Sequence record: OP557969.1
Direction: 5' to 3' (one strand)
Length of the DNA: 64,000 nt
Shown here: in pieces, positions 9,691 to 18,805 of the stretch
Numbering within the stretch: the first letter of the stretch is position 1
How the letters are laid out: the number at the start of each line of letters is the position of its first letter
Position numbers and translations under genes: made by a program
The notes under the pieces: model-generated
Database searches by the model: none
What the model saw: only the letters and a program-made list of their open reading frames with translations
What the model was told of the DNA's origin: nothing

Positions 9691-11838
9691 ATGCTAAACA
9701 TTACACGTATATCTATGCGAAACTTCTTTTCATTCGGTAATGCACCACAAATTATTGAATTGAATAGTTCTGACATTTCATTAGTACTGGGTCAAAATAA
9801 TGATGCAGTTATTGAAGGTGGTGACAGTTCTGGACGACGAAATGGTGTAGGAAAAAGTGCAATTATTCAAGGATTAGTTTTTGGATTATTTGGAAAAAGT
9901 ATTGGGAATGATATTAAAATCCCTAACTTAGTTAATAAAACTAATGGGAAAAATTGCGAAGTTGTGGTAGAGTTTGAAAAAGACGGTGTGCAATATATTG
10001 TTGAGCGTGGGAGAAGTCCCACGTATTTCAATCTTGTTACTTTAGGTAAAGATGACAAAATTGAAGATGAATCAAGGGGTGAAAAGAAAGACACTCAAGA
10101 AGATTTGAATGAAATTCTTGGAATATCTCAATTATTATTTGAACATATTGTAGTACTGAATGCAAACGTTGAACCTTTCTTGGCGTTATCCACACAAAAA
10201 CAACGTGATATGATAGAAGAACTTCTAGGTATAACACAGTTAACAGAAAAAGCCGAAATATTAAAGGAGATGTACAAGGATACTAAACGCTTAGCAGAGC
10301 AAGAAAAGTTTAAAAATGAAACAGTTGCTGCAAGTAACGAACGTATTCAAAAAAGTATTGAGGTTCTTCAAGAACAGGCAAACCAATTTGAGATCGATAA
10401 AAGTAATAGAGTAGCGAAGTTAAATGAAGAGTTGAATATTTATAAAACGTTCGACTTCAATGAACTCTATAAAGCTGCTGAAGAGAAAGAGAAAGCTCTT
10501 ATTCATAACACAAAGCGTAATGAAATAGAACGCCGTGTACAAGATTTAGCTTTAAAATTTGATGCATATGACCGTGAGATTGAATCATCCAAACGTGCAC
10601 TAAAACTAAGCATTGATAAACTAAAAACTATTGATATTAGTGCTGAGTTGGAAAATCATAATGAACTAGAGATATGGAAACAGTTAGAAGACATTCTTAA
10701 AGAGAATAATAACCAAAAACGTTTCAAAGAGCAAAAGCTAAACTCACTAAAAGTTGCATTAAAAGGGTATGAATGTTCAATTAATGCTGAAATTGACAAA
10801 TTATCAACCGTTGAAAATAGTAAATGTCCACTTTGTATGTCAGAATTGGAACATAATGAACATACTTCTTCAATTAAAGATAAAATTCAAAGTACTATTG
10901 ACGATCTTCAAGCCAAAATTGACAGTTCTTCTTCTGAAATTGAGATTTTACTTAAAGAAATTGAGAGTATTGAGATTTTTGATATGCCACCTAAGCCTGT
11001 GACATATTATAATACACTTTCAGAAGCACAAATGCATGAACATAAGCTTCAAGAATTGATCAAAAAGAGTGAAGAAGAGCCAATAAACATCTATGCAAAT
11101 GAACTTATGTCATCATATGATGAACTTAACTCATATGAACTAATGGAAGTTCCAGATACATTAAACAAATATGAAGTTAAAGAGTTGGAAATGACCGTAA
11201 ATTCATTATCACAGCAATTAGATCGTGAATTGAAGACTACTAACACATTTATTAGTCAAATTAATACCCTGAAGACTGATTCTTTAGTACCAATCGATTA
11301 TAGTGACTATAATAATCTTGATAAAATGTCAAATCACCAAGATTTCTTGGTTAAATTACTTTTAAACAAGGATTCTTATGTCCGTAAACGTATTATTGAG
11401 CAAAATATCTCATATTTGAATACACGACTTCAGTACTATATCGATATGTGCGGTTCTGAGCATAATGTTGTGTTTTTGAATGATTTGAGTGTTGAAATTG
11501 AGAAGAGTGGGCAGTACTTTGACTATAAACAGCTTAGTCGTGGCGAGCGTACAAGGGTAAACATTGCTTTATCATGTGCTTTCCGTGATACATACGAGTC
11601 ATTATATCAAAGTATCAATCTAATAGCACTAGATGAAGCTTGTGATGTTGGTCTTGATTCAAGTGGTGTAGTTAAAGTGTGGTCAATCTTCAATGACATG
11701 GCTGCTATCAGAAATAAAAATGTATATATCATCTCTCATAGAGAAGAACTAGTTTCTAAGACTGAACATATACTTAAAGTAACTAAAGAAGATGGTTTTA
11801 GTACTATAAGTTACTGTACAATTGATGATATCTATTAA
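9691..11838 (+). CDS. gp46: Recombination ATPase subunit, gp46/Rad50/SbcC
   Basis: Walker A NGVGKS, long coiled coil with CPLC zinc hook, signature LSRGE, Walker B ALDE, ISH motif. Confidence 0.93.
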   Translation: MLNITRISMRNFFSFGNAPQIIELNSSDISLVLGQNNDAVIEGGDSSGRRNGVGKSAIIQGLVFGLFGKSIGNDIKIPNLVNKTNGKNCEVVVEFEKDGVQYIVERGRSPTYFNLVTLGKDDKIEDESRGEKKDTQEDLNEILGISQLLFEHIVVLNANVEPFLALSTQKQRDMIEELLGITQLTEKAEILKEMYKDTKRLAEQEKFKNETVAASNERIQKSIEVLQEQANQFEIDKSNRVAKLNEELNIYKTFDFNELYKAAEEKEKALIHNTKRNEIERRVQDLALKFDAYDREIESSKRALKLSIDKLKTIDISAELENHNELEIWKQLEDILKENNNQKRFKEQKLNSLKVALKGYECSINAEIDKLSTVENSKCPLCMSELEHNEHTSSIKDKIQSTIDDLQAKIDSSSSEIEILLKEIESIEIFDMPPKPVTYYNTLSEAQMHEHKLQELIKKSEEEPINIYANELMSSYDELNSYELMEVPDTLNKYEVKELEMTVNSLSQQLDRELKTTNTFISQINTLKTDSLVPIDYSDYNNLDKMSNHQDFLVKLLLNKDSYVRKRIIEQNISYLNTRLQYYIDMCGSEHNVVFLNDLSVEIEKSGQYFDYKQLSRGERTRVNIALSCAFRDTYESLYQSINLIALDEACDVGLDSSGVVKVWSIFNDMAAIRNKNVYIISHREELVSKTEHILKVTKEDGFSTISYCTIDDIY

Positions 11839-11844
11839 TAACAG

Positions 11845-11870
11845 AAAAGGGGGCTTATGCTCCCTTTTTT
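11845..11870 (+). terminator. Intrinsic terminator after gp46 (likely bidirectional)
   Basis: AAAAGGGGGC-TTAT-GCTCCCTTTTTT between convergent genes. Confidence 0.7.
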
Positions 11871-11947
11871 ATTATCATTATATCTATTGTTTCCATACAT
11901 CCTACATTGAACTAGATTTTGTAAGATATAGGATTGGTAATGTGTTT

Positions 11948-12442
11948 TTATTTTGTATCTCTTTTTACATCAACCATGTTTAATTTACCGTCCTTAATTA
12001 GCTTTCTAGCTTGTTTTACACGAGCAGTAGTGTTGCTACCAGGGACGACACCTAACCCTTCCAGAATTGCGTTTTGCTGCGTTGCTGGAAGCCTTTTAAA
12101 CTTATTCACATCTACTGTTAGTGCTGTGTGATGTATCACTTGCTCTTCTAGTGGGATGTTGTTGTTCTTTTCAAGATAATCTGCCAGATTTCTTAGAACT
12201 TCATGTAAAGGCATATCAGTTAAATGCTTTCCATATCGGTTCCATGCGTTGGAAACTTTACCTTCAAATGCGTTTATTTCATTCTGTAGAACTTCACGAC
12301 AGTGTTGGTTACCATAGTGGTAGTGATCCAGTACTGGTTTAGTTATTGGTTCCTTAATTATAGGATCAATTCCTTTTTGCTTCTTTAGTAATTCATTACG
12401 ATAGTTTGCAGCTTCTTTACTATCTTTTAATCTTTTCTTCAT
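11948..12442 (-). CDS. gp49: Endonuclease VII-like Holliday junction resolvase (gp49)
   Basis: LDHYH...CREVL...INAFEGKV aligns with T4 gp49 LDHDH...VRGLL...CNAAEGQM, including catalytic D/H/N/E; LRNLADYL and IHH motifs also align. Confidence 0.75.
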   Translation of the reverse strand: MKKRLKDSKEAANYRNELLKKQKGIDPIIKEPITKPVLDHYHYGNQHCREVLQNEINAFEGKVSNAWNRYGKHLTDMPLHEVLRNLADYLEKNNNIPLEEQVIHHTALTVDVNKFKRLPATQQNAILEGLGVVPGSNTTARVKQARKLIKDGKLNMVDVKRDTK

Positions 12443-12535
12443 AAATCCCCACCAAACTAATTTTTATAAAAATATTTATGAGTTACATTAGAGAACAATA
12501 ATTATGTGTTTTTTGATAAATAAATTTAAATTATT

Positions 12536-12564
12536 TGAGACAACTTTGAAGTTTGTGCTATAAT
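12536..12564 (+). promoter_or_regulatory. Early/middle promoter TGAGACA-N16-TATAAT with extended -10
   Basis: TGAGACA 12536-12542, TGC then TATAAT 12559-12564; no credible protein gene downstream. Confidence 0.75.
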
Positions 12565-12570
12565 GTTTGA

Positions 12571-13040
12571 TGTAGTAATGACAATCCTGTTGAATGCAGA
12601 AATGCATATAAATTAGAACCTGATCCTATCGAAAATGTAGATGGCAGATGAGCAGTTCAACAGTGCGATGAGCAGAAGAAACCCGTCAGAAGTGGGCATA
12701 GTTTGAACCCCTCACGGCAATGCGGCTCAATAAAGAACTCCGATAAGCACACAGAGAGTTCCTAGATAGACATATAAGGAATCACACCTTACCAGATTTG
12801 CTAAGGGAGTTTATTAATTGATTTTAATAAACAGCCTGAAGTTTGATTGTATAGACTTTCAGGTGAGTGCTGGGATGAAAAGACCAGTGACCGTTGCATA
12901 TGACCGTGATAGGGAGAAACAGAGCAACCCGCTTCCGTTTGTGATTGATCATTTTTACAATATAGATCCGTCCAAAATTCACGATACAATAAATGCTGAA
13001 ACCATCAGCGTCAAGAAGAGACTTAATTGTCTCTTTTTTA
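12571..13040 (+). ncRNA. Candidate large structured non-coding RNA (~470 nt) or origin-associated transcript
   Basis: Lies between a consensus promoter and a terminator-like hairpin; visibly more GC-rich than flanks; several stem-loops (e.g. TGCA-GAAA-TGCA, GAACTC..GAGTTC, GTTTATTA..TAATAAAC, CCTGAA..TTCAGG, GCTGA..TCAGC); family not recognised; ends approximate. Confidence 0.5.
13013..13039 (+). terminator. Terminator-like hairpin closing the non-coding transcript
   Basis: AAGAGAC-TTAATT-GTCTCTT followed by a T run. Confidence 0.55.
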
Positions 13041-13251
13041 TTACTTTCATTCCCCTGTGGGGGGATGAAAATGTCCTCAACAAATCCCGTCAAGTTTTAA
13101 ATCTTTAAAAGTTCTTTCTAAATTAATTTAATGAAATGAATATGAGTTACGTAGTAACGAATATTCTTCAGGTAACGAATGAAATGAGTTAGCTGAATCC
13201 AATATATTAAAATTAATCTTTCATAATTCAATTCAAATAATTCTGTAGTTT

Positions 13252-13282
13252 AAAAACAAAAAACCAGCAACAATGTGCTGGT
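13252..13282 (-). terminator. Terminator of the gp26 operon
   Basis: ACCAGCA-ACAATG-TGCTGGT stem with a reverse-strand T tract. Confidence 0.6.
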
Positions 13283-13293
13283 AATTATGTGAT

Positions 13294-13503
13294 TTAGTGC
13301 TTCTCGTTTTGTTTTTTAATTTTCTTATTAAAAGACTTAACTAATAAGTCTCTATCTATTAAAGGCATATTAAGAAGTGTTCCATAGTCAATATTATCCA
13401 TATAAACAGAACACTCCATTAGTGCTTGTTTGATTTCTGACTTATTCAGTTCTATCTCCCTTATGACTTCTTGTATTTCTTCAGGAGTTGACTGGAGAAG
13501 CAT
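13294..13503 (-). CDS. Small hypothetical protein, probably baseplate-assembly associated
   Basis: 69 aa, start overlaps the gp26-like stop; LLNMPLIDRDLL resembles small genes that follow gp26/gp51 in T4-like phages. Confidence 0.6.
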   Translation of the reverse strand: MLLQSTPEEIQEVIREIELNKSEIKQALMECSVYMDNIDYGTLLNMPLIDRDLLVKSFNKKIKKQNEKH

Positions 13504-14339
13504 TACTCGAAAAAATGACTAGGATCATATTTTAGTCCATCAATTTCCCATTGATGATTACAGTTACTACATTCAACTTCCATAGTATGGGAGACACCAA
13601 TCTCAAGTACTTCATCCATTTTTTCACGAATTAGTTTAAGAACTCCCTTCGATTGTTGACCGAGCCATTCATTAATAAATTCCTTTTCAACTACTTCATC
13701 ACCGTCTGGTGTTATAATTTTTGCAATAACTCCACCAATCATATCAAAATTAAGTTGAGCCATACTTTCAAAAACTTCTGAAAATATTTTTACTTTTTCA
13801 TCATTGTCAATATCAGCAGTTTCAAGAAACTTGGTTTTTTGTTGTTCGTTGAACATGCGTTCTGCAAAAGATGAATATTCTTTCCATGTAAGTGGTTTAA
13901 ATTCCAAACGTAGACCGTTATCCAAATCAACAGAAGGAATTTCACTAAATGATTTCGCAGTTTCAAGTAGATATGATAGATTACGCTCAAAGCGTCCCTC
14001 TTTTTCACATTCAGGACATACTACGTTAATGTCATATGTTTCTTCTTTCGAAGCAACTTTAATTGCAATAAGAAGCATTTCAACGTCATTTACATATAGT
14101 TCATCTGCATCAATTACATTCGGAACACAGTTCTCAATCACACGTGATACTGCATCACCATTTAGTAGCATATCTGGTGTATTCAGTGTCATTTCATCAC
14201 GTGCACTACGTGCACAAACTCCGCACTTGACACCTTTTGGTCCTAGTACTCCATCTTTATAAGGAATAACGCCGTTTGTAACCAACTTAGTACTGATCTC
14301 TTCAATTTTAGTGTACTTAGCAAGTGGATTCATAGCCAT
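13503..14339 (-). CDS. Baseplate hub assembly protein, gp26/gp51-like
   Basis: Start reassigned to MAMNPL (14339); RDEMTL...DVEMLLIAIKVAS...CPEC and C-terminal CSNC motifs typical of the gp26 family. Confidence 0.75.
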   Translation of the reverse strand: MAMNPLAKYTKIEEISTKLVTNGVIPYKDGVLGPKGVKCGVCARSARDEMTLNTPDMLLNGDAVSRVIENCVPNVIDADELYVNDVEMLLIAIKVASKEETYDINVVCPECEKEGRFERNLSYLLETAKSFSEIPSVDLDNGLRLEFKPLTWKEYSSFAERMFNEQQKTKFLETADIDNDEKVKIFSEVFESMAQLNFDMIGGVIAKIITPDGDEVVEKEFINEWLGQQSKGVLKLIREKMDEVLEIGVSHTMEVECSNCNHQWEIDGLKYDPSHFFE

Positions 14340-14374
14340 TTTGTTAAATCTCCATGTAATAAATGTGTTTGTAG

Positions 14375-14382
14375 TATTTATA
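14375..14382 (-). promoter_or_regulatory. Late promoter TATAAATA (gp26 operon)
   Basis: Exact reverse-strand TATAAATA; divergent from cATAAATA at 14424-14430, which serves the tape-measure/portal operon. Confidence 0.65.
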
Positions 14383-14462
14383 ATACTAAAAACAAACAAT
14401 TTTTTTATATTATATATAGTTTCATAAATATTTCTATAATACATCTATTAAAAGGGAATGTT

Positions 14463-16664
14463 ATGGCTGGAAATACAAGTGATTACCTACTACAACAGTT
14501 GGTTAATCAAACTAAAGATAACAATGATAGCTTGAGTGCTATACGTGAGTTATTGGCTGAAAATATAAAAAATGACAGAAAGAAATCCGGTTCTAAAAGT
14601 AGAAAACATAACGAAAGAACTTCATCTGGTTCTGGGAATCGTGGTTCTAAAGCTAATAATGTAGGTGGTGGTAAAGAATTTGGTAAAATATTCAAATCAT
14701 TATCATCTGAAGTATCAAATGTTGGAAAAACAATGATGAGTACATCTGCTAACGTCAGCAACGTTGTCAATTCACTGGGAATGAGTGCATCTTCATTTGC
14801 TGGTTCACTGGCAATGATTCCTGGGCCAGTTGGTGCAGCCGCTACTGCTTTTAAAATGGTCGCTGACGTTGGTATGGCAGTATATAATGTATTAAACGCA
14901 CAACTTGAAGTTTATAATAGAATAAACAGTGCTGGTGTTGCCCTATCTGAAGGTTATGGTTCCATATTAAAAGGTGCAGGTGCATCAATGATGAGTGTTG
15001 ATGCATTTGGTGAAGCATTACAAACACATAGTTCCGTTGTTGCACAATTGGATGGAGCATATGGTGATGGTGTTTCCACCTTTGGTAAATTATTGGGTAC
15101 TGTACAACAGGCACAAAATCAATTGGGTTTATATGGAGTTTCACAAAAAACACTAACTGATTTAACTGCACGTAATATTAAATTCCAAAAGCAATTTGGT
15201 GGAAGAGAAATGTTACGTAGTATGGATCAAGCAAAAAGTACTGAACAGTTTATCATGAGCATGACTAAGTTCAGTAAAAGTATGGGTGAGTCGGTTGATG
15301 CACTATTAAATAAAACACAAAACTTAGATAAATCATTAGATACACGTTCAATGCAAATAGCATTACAGAACTATTCTGGGCTATCAGGTAAAGCAGCAGT
15401 CGAAACGTCAAAAGCATTTAACGAAGCTGCTGCGAGTATGGGTGATGCTGGTGCAGATTTCCTACGTTTAATTTCACATCGTTTAACCATTGGTGGTGTA
15501 CCAGATGATTTATTGACTCCAGTACTTAATCAATTTGCTGACTTAGGTGAGAACTTGGTACGTAGTGGTGTTACTGATTCGCAAGAAATTCGCCGCCAGC
15601 AGATAGAATTTGTTAAAAAGAACAAAGAATTAATAAAGCAAGATTTATTACATCAGATTAATTTAGGAAACACTACTGCTGCAATCTTCAACCAACAACT
15701 ACTCGATATGGAAGCTGCGATAAACGATCCTAAGAGTCAACCAGCAGATAAATTAACACAATTCACTGATAGATTCAACAGATGGATTAGTAAAGAGTTT
15801 ACTGGACCATTTAATAAAATGTATGCAGATACACAAAATTCTATTGCGGATTACCTTACTGATATTGCTGATAGTACTGATGGTGCATGGGAATTCATCG
15901 GAAAGTTAGCACTTGATGGTTTTGGTTTGGTTCCTATTGCGAAAGATGCCGTTGTGTATTTGGATAGGATCGGTGGTGAGTTTGAGCAGTGGTTAGAAGG
16001 GTTAGGTACTGAAATTTTTGGTAGTGGATATAATAAAGTTTCAGAAGCATTCAATAGTTTTATGAATAACTTAATGGATTTACCTGGAAAACTATGGGAT
16101 TCTGTAAAAGGTTGGTTTGGTGGTTCGAAAGATAAACCAAAAGTTGATAATAATTCAGTCACCGATGGAGTAGAAAAAGTTAATAGCTACTTCGAAGATA
16201 AAATGAATTCATTTGGGGATTATATTTCCAATTCATTTGACCATTTTTTGAAATGGAATTCAAGTAGGAACTTTAAACAACCTAAACCACTTGATGGTTC
16301 AGTTGCAGAAAAACTTATTGGTACTGGTATTGATAGTAAACCCACAACAACTACTAGAATCGAAAAATCTGAACACGTTGCTCCGTATGTTACCATTACA
16401 CCAAAAACTTTTGATAAGTCAGCATGGGGACCGAATGAACCGCCAGTTCAAGCTCAACCGGACGATAATGAGGCTATGAAAGCGATGATAAATAATGGTA
16501 GTAGTATGGCAAATATTAATAATAATGCCACAATATCAGAAGATATGAAAGAGTTACTTAAAAAACTTGCTGATGTTAACGAGCAATCACTATCTGCTGT
16601 ACAACAGACAAATAACTATCTAAGAACTATCTCTGAAAACACTCAAGGTGAGAGAAACAGTTAA
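14463..16664 (+). CDS. Probable tape measure protein
   Basis: 733 aa, Ala/Gly/Ser-rich helical sequence with aromatic periodicity in the C-terminal half; late promoter; adjacent to gp26-like and portal genes. Confidence 0.6.
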   Translation: MAGNTSDYLLQQLVNQTKDNNDSLSAIRELLAENIKNDRKKSGSKSRKHNERTSSGSGNRGSKANNVGGGKEFGKIFKSLSSEVSNVGKTMMSTSANVSNVVNSLGMSASSFAGSLAMIPGPVGAAATAFKMVADVGMAVYNVLNAQLEVYNRINSAGVALSEGYGSILKGAGASMMSVDAFGEALQTHSSVVAQLDGAYGDGVSTFGKLLGTVQQAQNQLGLYGVSQKTLTDLTARNIKFQKQFGGREMLRSMDQAKSTEQFIMSMTKFSKSMGESVDALLNKTQNLDKSLDTRSMQIALQNYSGLSGKAAVETSKAFNEAAASMGDAGADFLRLISHRLTIGGVPDDLLTPVLNQFADLGENLVRSGVTDSQEIRRQQIEFVKKNKELIKQDLLHQINLGNTTAAIFNQQLLDMEAAINDPKSQPADKLTQFTDRFNRWISKEFTGPFNKMYADTQNSIADYLTDIADSTDGAWEFIGKLALDGFGLVPIAKDAVVYLDRIGGEFEQWLEGLGTEIFGSGYNKVSEAFNSFMNNLMDLPGKLWDSVKGWFGGSKDKPKVDNNSVTDGVEKVNSYFEDKMNSFGDYISNSFDHFLKWNSSRNFKQPKPLDGSVAEKLIGTGIDSKPTTTTRIEKSEHVAPYVTITPKTFDKSAWGPNEPPVQAQPDDNEAMKAMINNGSSMANINNNATISEDMKELLKKLADVNEQSLSAVQQTNNYLRTISENTQGERNS

Positions 16665-16675
16665 GGACGAAAATA

Positions 16676-18415
16676 ATGAGTTGGAAACGACATATGACAA
16701 TGGGAAGGTCTAAATTATCGACCATCCCAAATCAGTCCAGTAATAGCAATAAATCAACGGGAACTAAAACAAATTTCGCTTCCTATCTACCAGTTGTATA
16801 TAATGGATTGGCAAATCGCACTGAACGTTATAGTCAGTACGAGCAAATGGACCAAGACCCTGAAATTAGAACTGCATTAAATATCATTGCTGACTTCTGT
16901 ACACAAAGTACTGAAGACTATGGTTTGCCATATAAAATTAAATACAAAGATGATATTGGTGATACAGAAGTAACTACAATTGAAGACCGTTTGGATGCTT
17001 GGACTGAACAAAATGATTTTAAAACACGAATGTATGAAATTGTACGTGGTCTTCTTAAATATGGCGACCAGTTTTTTATTCGTGACCCAGAAACATTTGA
17101 TTGGTATTGGGTGAGTCCAAAAAACGTTGAACAAGTGTTTGTTAACGAAGCTACTGGAAAAACACCAGTAATTTATTACATACGAGATGTGTCATTGAAC
17201 CTGAAAGATAAGGTTTTTAGTAACCTACAAGTAGGATTTGATAAAACAGCTTATCCTGGTGCGATCCCTACAACAATGGGTGGGGGTGGTTCAGTAGCTG
17301 CGGGTGGTGCGTCTGGATTTACCAGCCAAGGAAATACTGCTGACCCATTCAGTACTAATGGACAATTGGACGTTATTCCTGTTGGTGCAGAACACGTAAT
17401 TCATCTAACACTAAATACAGGACAAGATGGGGTATGGCCTTTTGGAACAAGTATACTTGAGGACGTATTTAAAGTCTATAAGCAAAAAGAACTTCTGGAA
17501 GATAGTATTATAATTTATCGTGTACAACGTGCACCGGAACGTCGTGTGTTTAAAATTGATGTTGGTGATATGCAAGCACACCAAGCAATGGCTTATGTGG
17601 AAAGATTTAAAAATGAAATCCACCAGCGTAGAATACCTTCGAACAAAGGTGGAAGCACTTCATTGATGGATGCTGCATATAATCCATTAAGCATTTTAGA
17701 AGATTACTTTTTTCCACAAACTTCCGAAGGTCGTGGTTCTGATGTCCAAACACTACCTGGTGGTGATAACTTGGGACAAATTGATGACTTACGTTATTTT
17801 AATAATAAATTGATTCGTGGTCTTCAAATACCAGCTTCATATCTACCACAAGGTCCAGATGATGGCGGTGTTTCGCTATTTGGTGATGGTGCTACACAAG
17901 CTATGGCAAGTGAATTGCGATTCAATAATCAATGTATGCGTTATCAGCGTTTGGTTGCAAAACACTTTGATGCTGAGTTTAAAAGATTTATGGTTAAAAA
18001 TGGTTATAATATTAGTACTTCATCTTTTGAGGTTATAATGAATCCACCTATTAACTTGGCTTCTTATCGTAAAGCAGAGTTGGATGCTAAATTGATTAAC
18101 ACCTATCTTCCTCTTAATGACTTGCCTTATATGGCTAAACAAACAATTCTTGAAAAAATGGGATTTTCTAAATCTGATATTGTCAAGAATGAACAATTGT
18201 GGTTACAAGAAAATCCACAAGATGGTTCCCAACCTACTGGTGATGAAGAAGAATCCGCAGGTTTGCAGTCTGTTGGTATTGACGCACCAAATGACCCTGG
18301 TATGGATCTTGGTATTGATGGCGATGGTAATTTGGAAAGTGCTGATGCAGAATATCAAGAACAACAAAGTGGAAGTGACGGTTTTGACCCGAATAATTTA
18401 GGCAATTCTTTTTAA
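16676..18415 (+). CDS. gp20: Portal protein, gp20-like
   Basis: LLEDSIIIYRVQRAPERRVFKIDVG, EDYFFP...GRGSDVQTLPGGDNLGQIDDLRYF. Confidence 0.95.
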   Translation: MSWKRHMTMGRSKLSTIPNQSSNSNKSTGTKTNFASYLPVVYNGLANRTERYSQYEQMDQDPEIRTALNIIADFCTQSTEDYGLPYKIKYKDDIGDTEVTTIEDRLDAWTEQNDFKTRMYEIVRGLLKYGDQFFIRDPETFDWYWVSPKNVEQVFVNEATGKTPVIYYIRDVSLNLKDKVFSNLQVGFDKTAYPGAIPTTMGGGGSVAAGGASGFTSQGNTADPFSTNGQLDVIPVGAEHVIHLTLNTGQDGVWPFGTSILEDVFKVYKQKELLEDSIIIYRVQRAPERRVFKIDVGDMQAHQAMAYVERFKNEIHQRRIPSNKGGSTSLMDAAYNPLSILEDYFFPQTSEGRGSDVQTLPGGDNLGQIDDLRYFNNKLIRGLQIPASYLPQGPDDGGVSLFGDGATQAMASELRFNNQCMRYQRLVAKHFDAEFKRFMVKNGYNISTSSFEVIMNPPINLASYRKAELDAKLINTYLPLNDLPYMAKQTILEKMGFSKSDIVKNEQLWLQENPQDGSQPTGDEEESAGLQSVGIDAPNDPGMDLGIDGDGNLESADAEYQEQQSGSDGFDPNNLGNSF

Positions 18416-18488
18416 ACATAAATAATATTGTATAAAAGTGAGGGTGAAATTAAACCCTCATTTATAATGCATATTTCAAGGAGATTGA

Positions 18489-18716
18489 ATGTTAAAGGAC
18501 ATCTTTGAATCTAGCAGTGATTCAATGTACGACCCTGAAGATGATCAGAACGTATATAAAATTACTGATTCCAGAAAACCGAAACTGACATTACAAGTAC
18601 TAAACAATTTAAGAAAGTATCGTGAATTTAAAGCACATGAAGAACAACGCCGCAAAAATGTGGTTGCAGTTGTTTATGCCGCTGCACCATCTGGTGACGG
18701 TTCTGGACTAATGTAA
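18489..18716 (+). CDS. Small conserved head-module protein
   Basis: 75 aa, RBS GGAG, late promoter at 18418; DSRKPKLTL motif; lies between portal and core genes. Confidence 0.7.
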   Translation: MLKDIFESSSDSMYDPEDDQNVYKITDSRKPKLTLQVLNNLRKYREFKAHEEQRRKNVVAVVYAAAPSGDGSGLM

Positions 18717-18805
18717 GTTAAAAATCGCACTTTTTGAAGCTTTTAAAAAAGGCGATTTTATTCAGTACTAAATAATATCATACTTTATACGAATATAATA
18801 TATCT

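Noticed and set aside
12571-13040. Identification as tmRNA, RNase P RNA, group I/II intron or hammerhead ribozyme
   Set aside because: No tRNA-like ends, no GAGGAAAGUCC, no recognisable P7 or domain V; CAGATGAG differs from the hammerhead CUGAUGA core
12801-13108. Three overlapping short ORFs (12801-12989 -, 12818-13108 +, 12824-13093 -)
   Set aside because: No convincing RBS, atypical codon use and amino-acid composition, mutually overlapping; more likely by-products of a GC-richer non-coding segment
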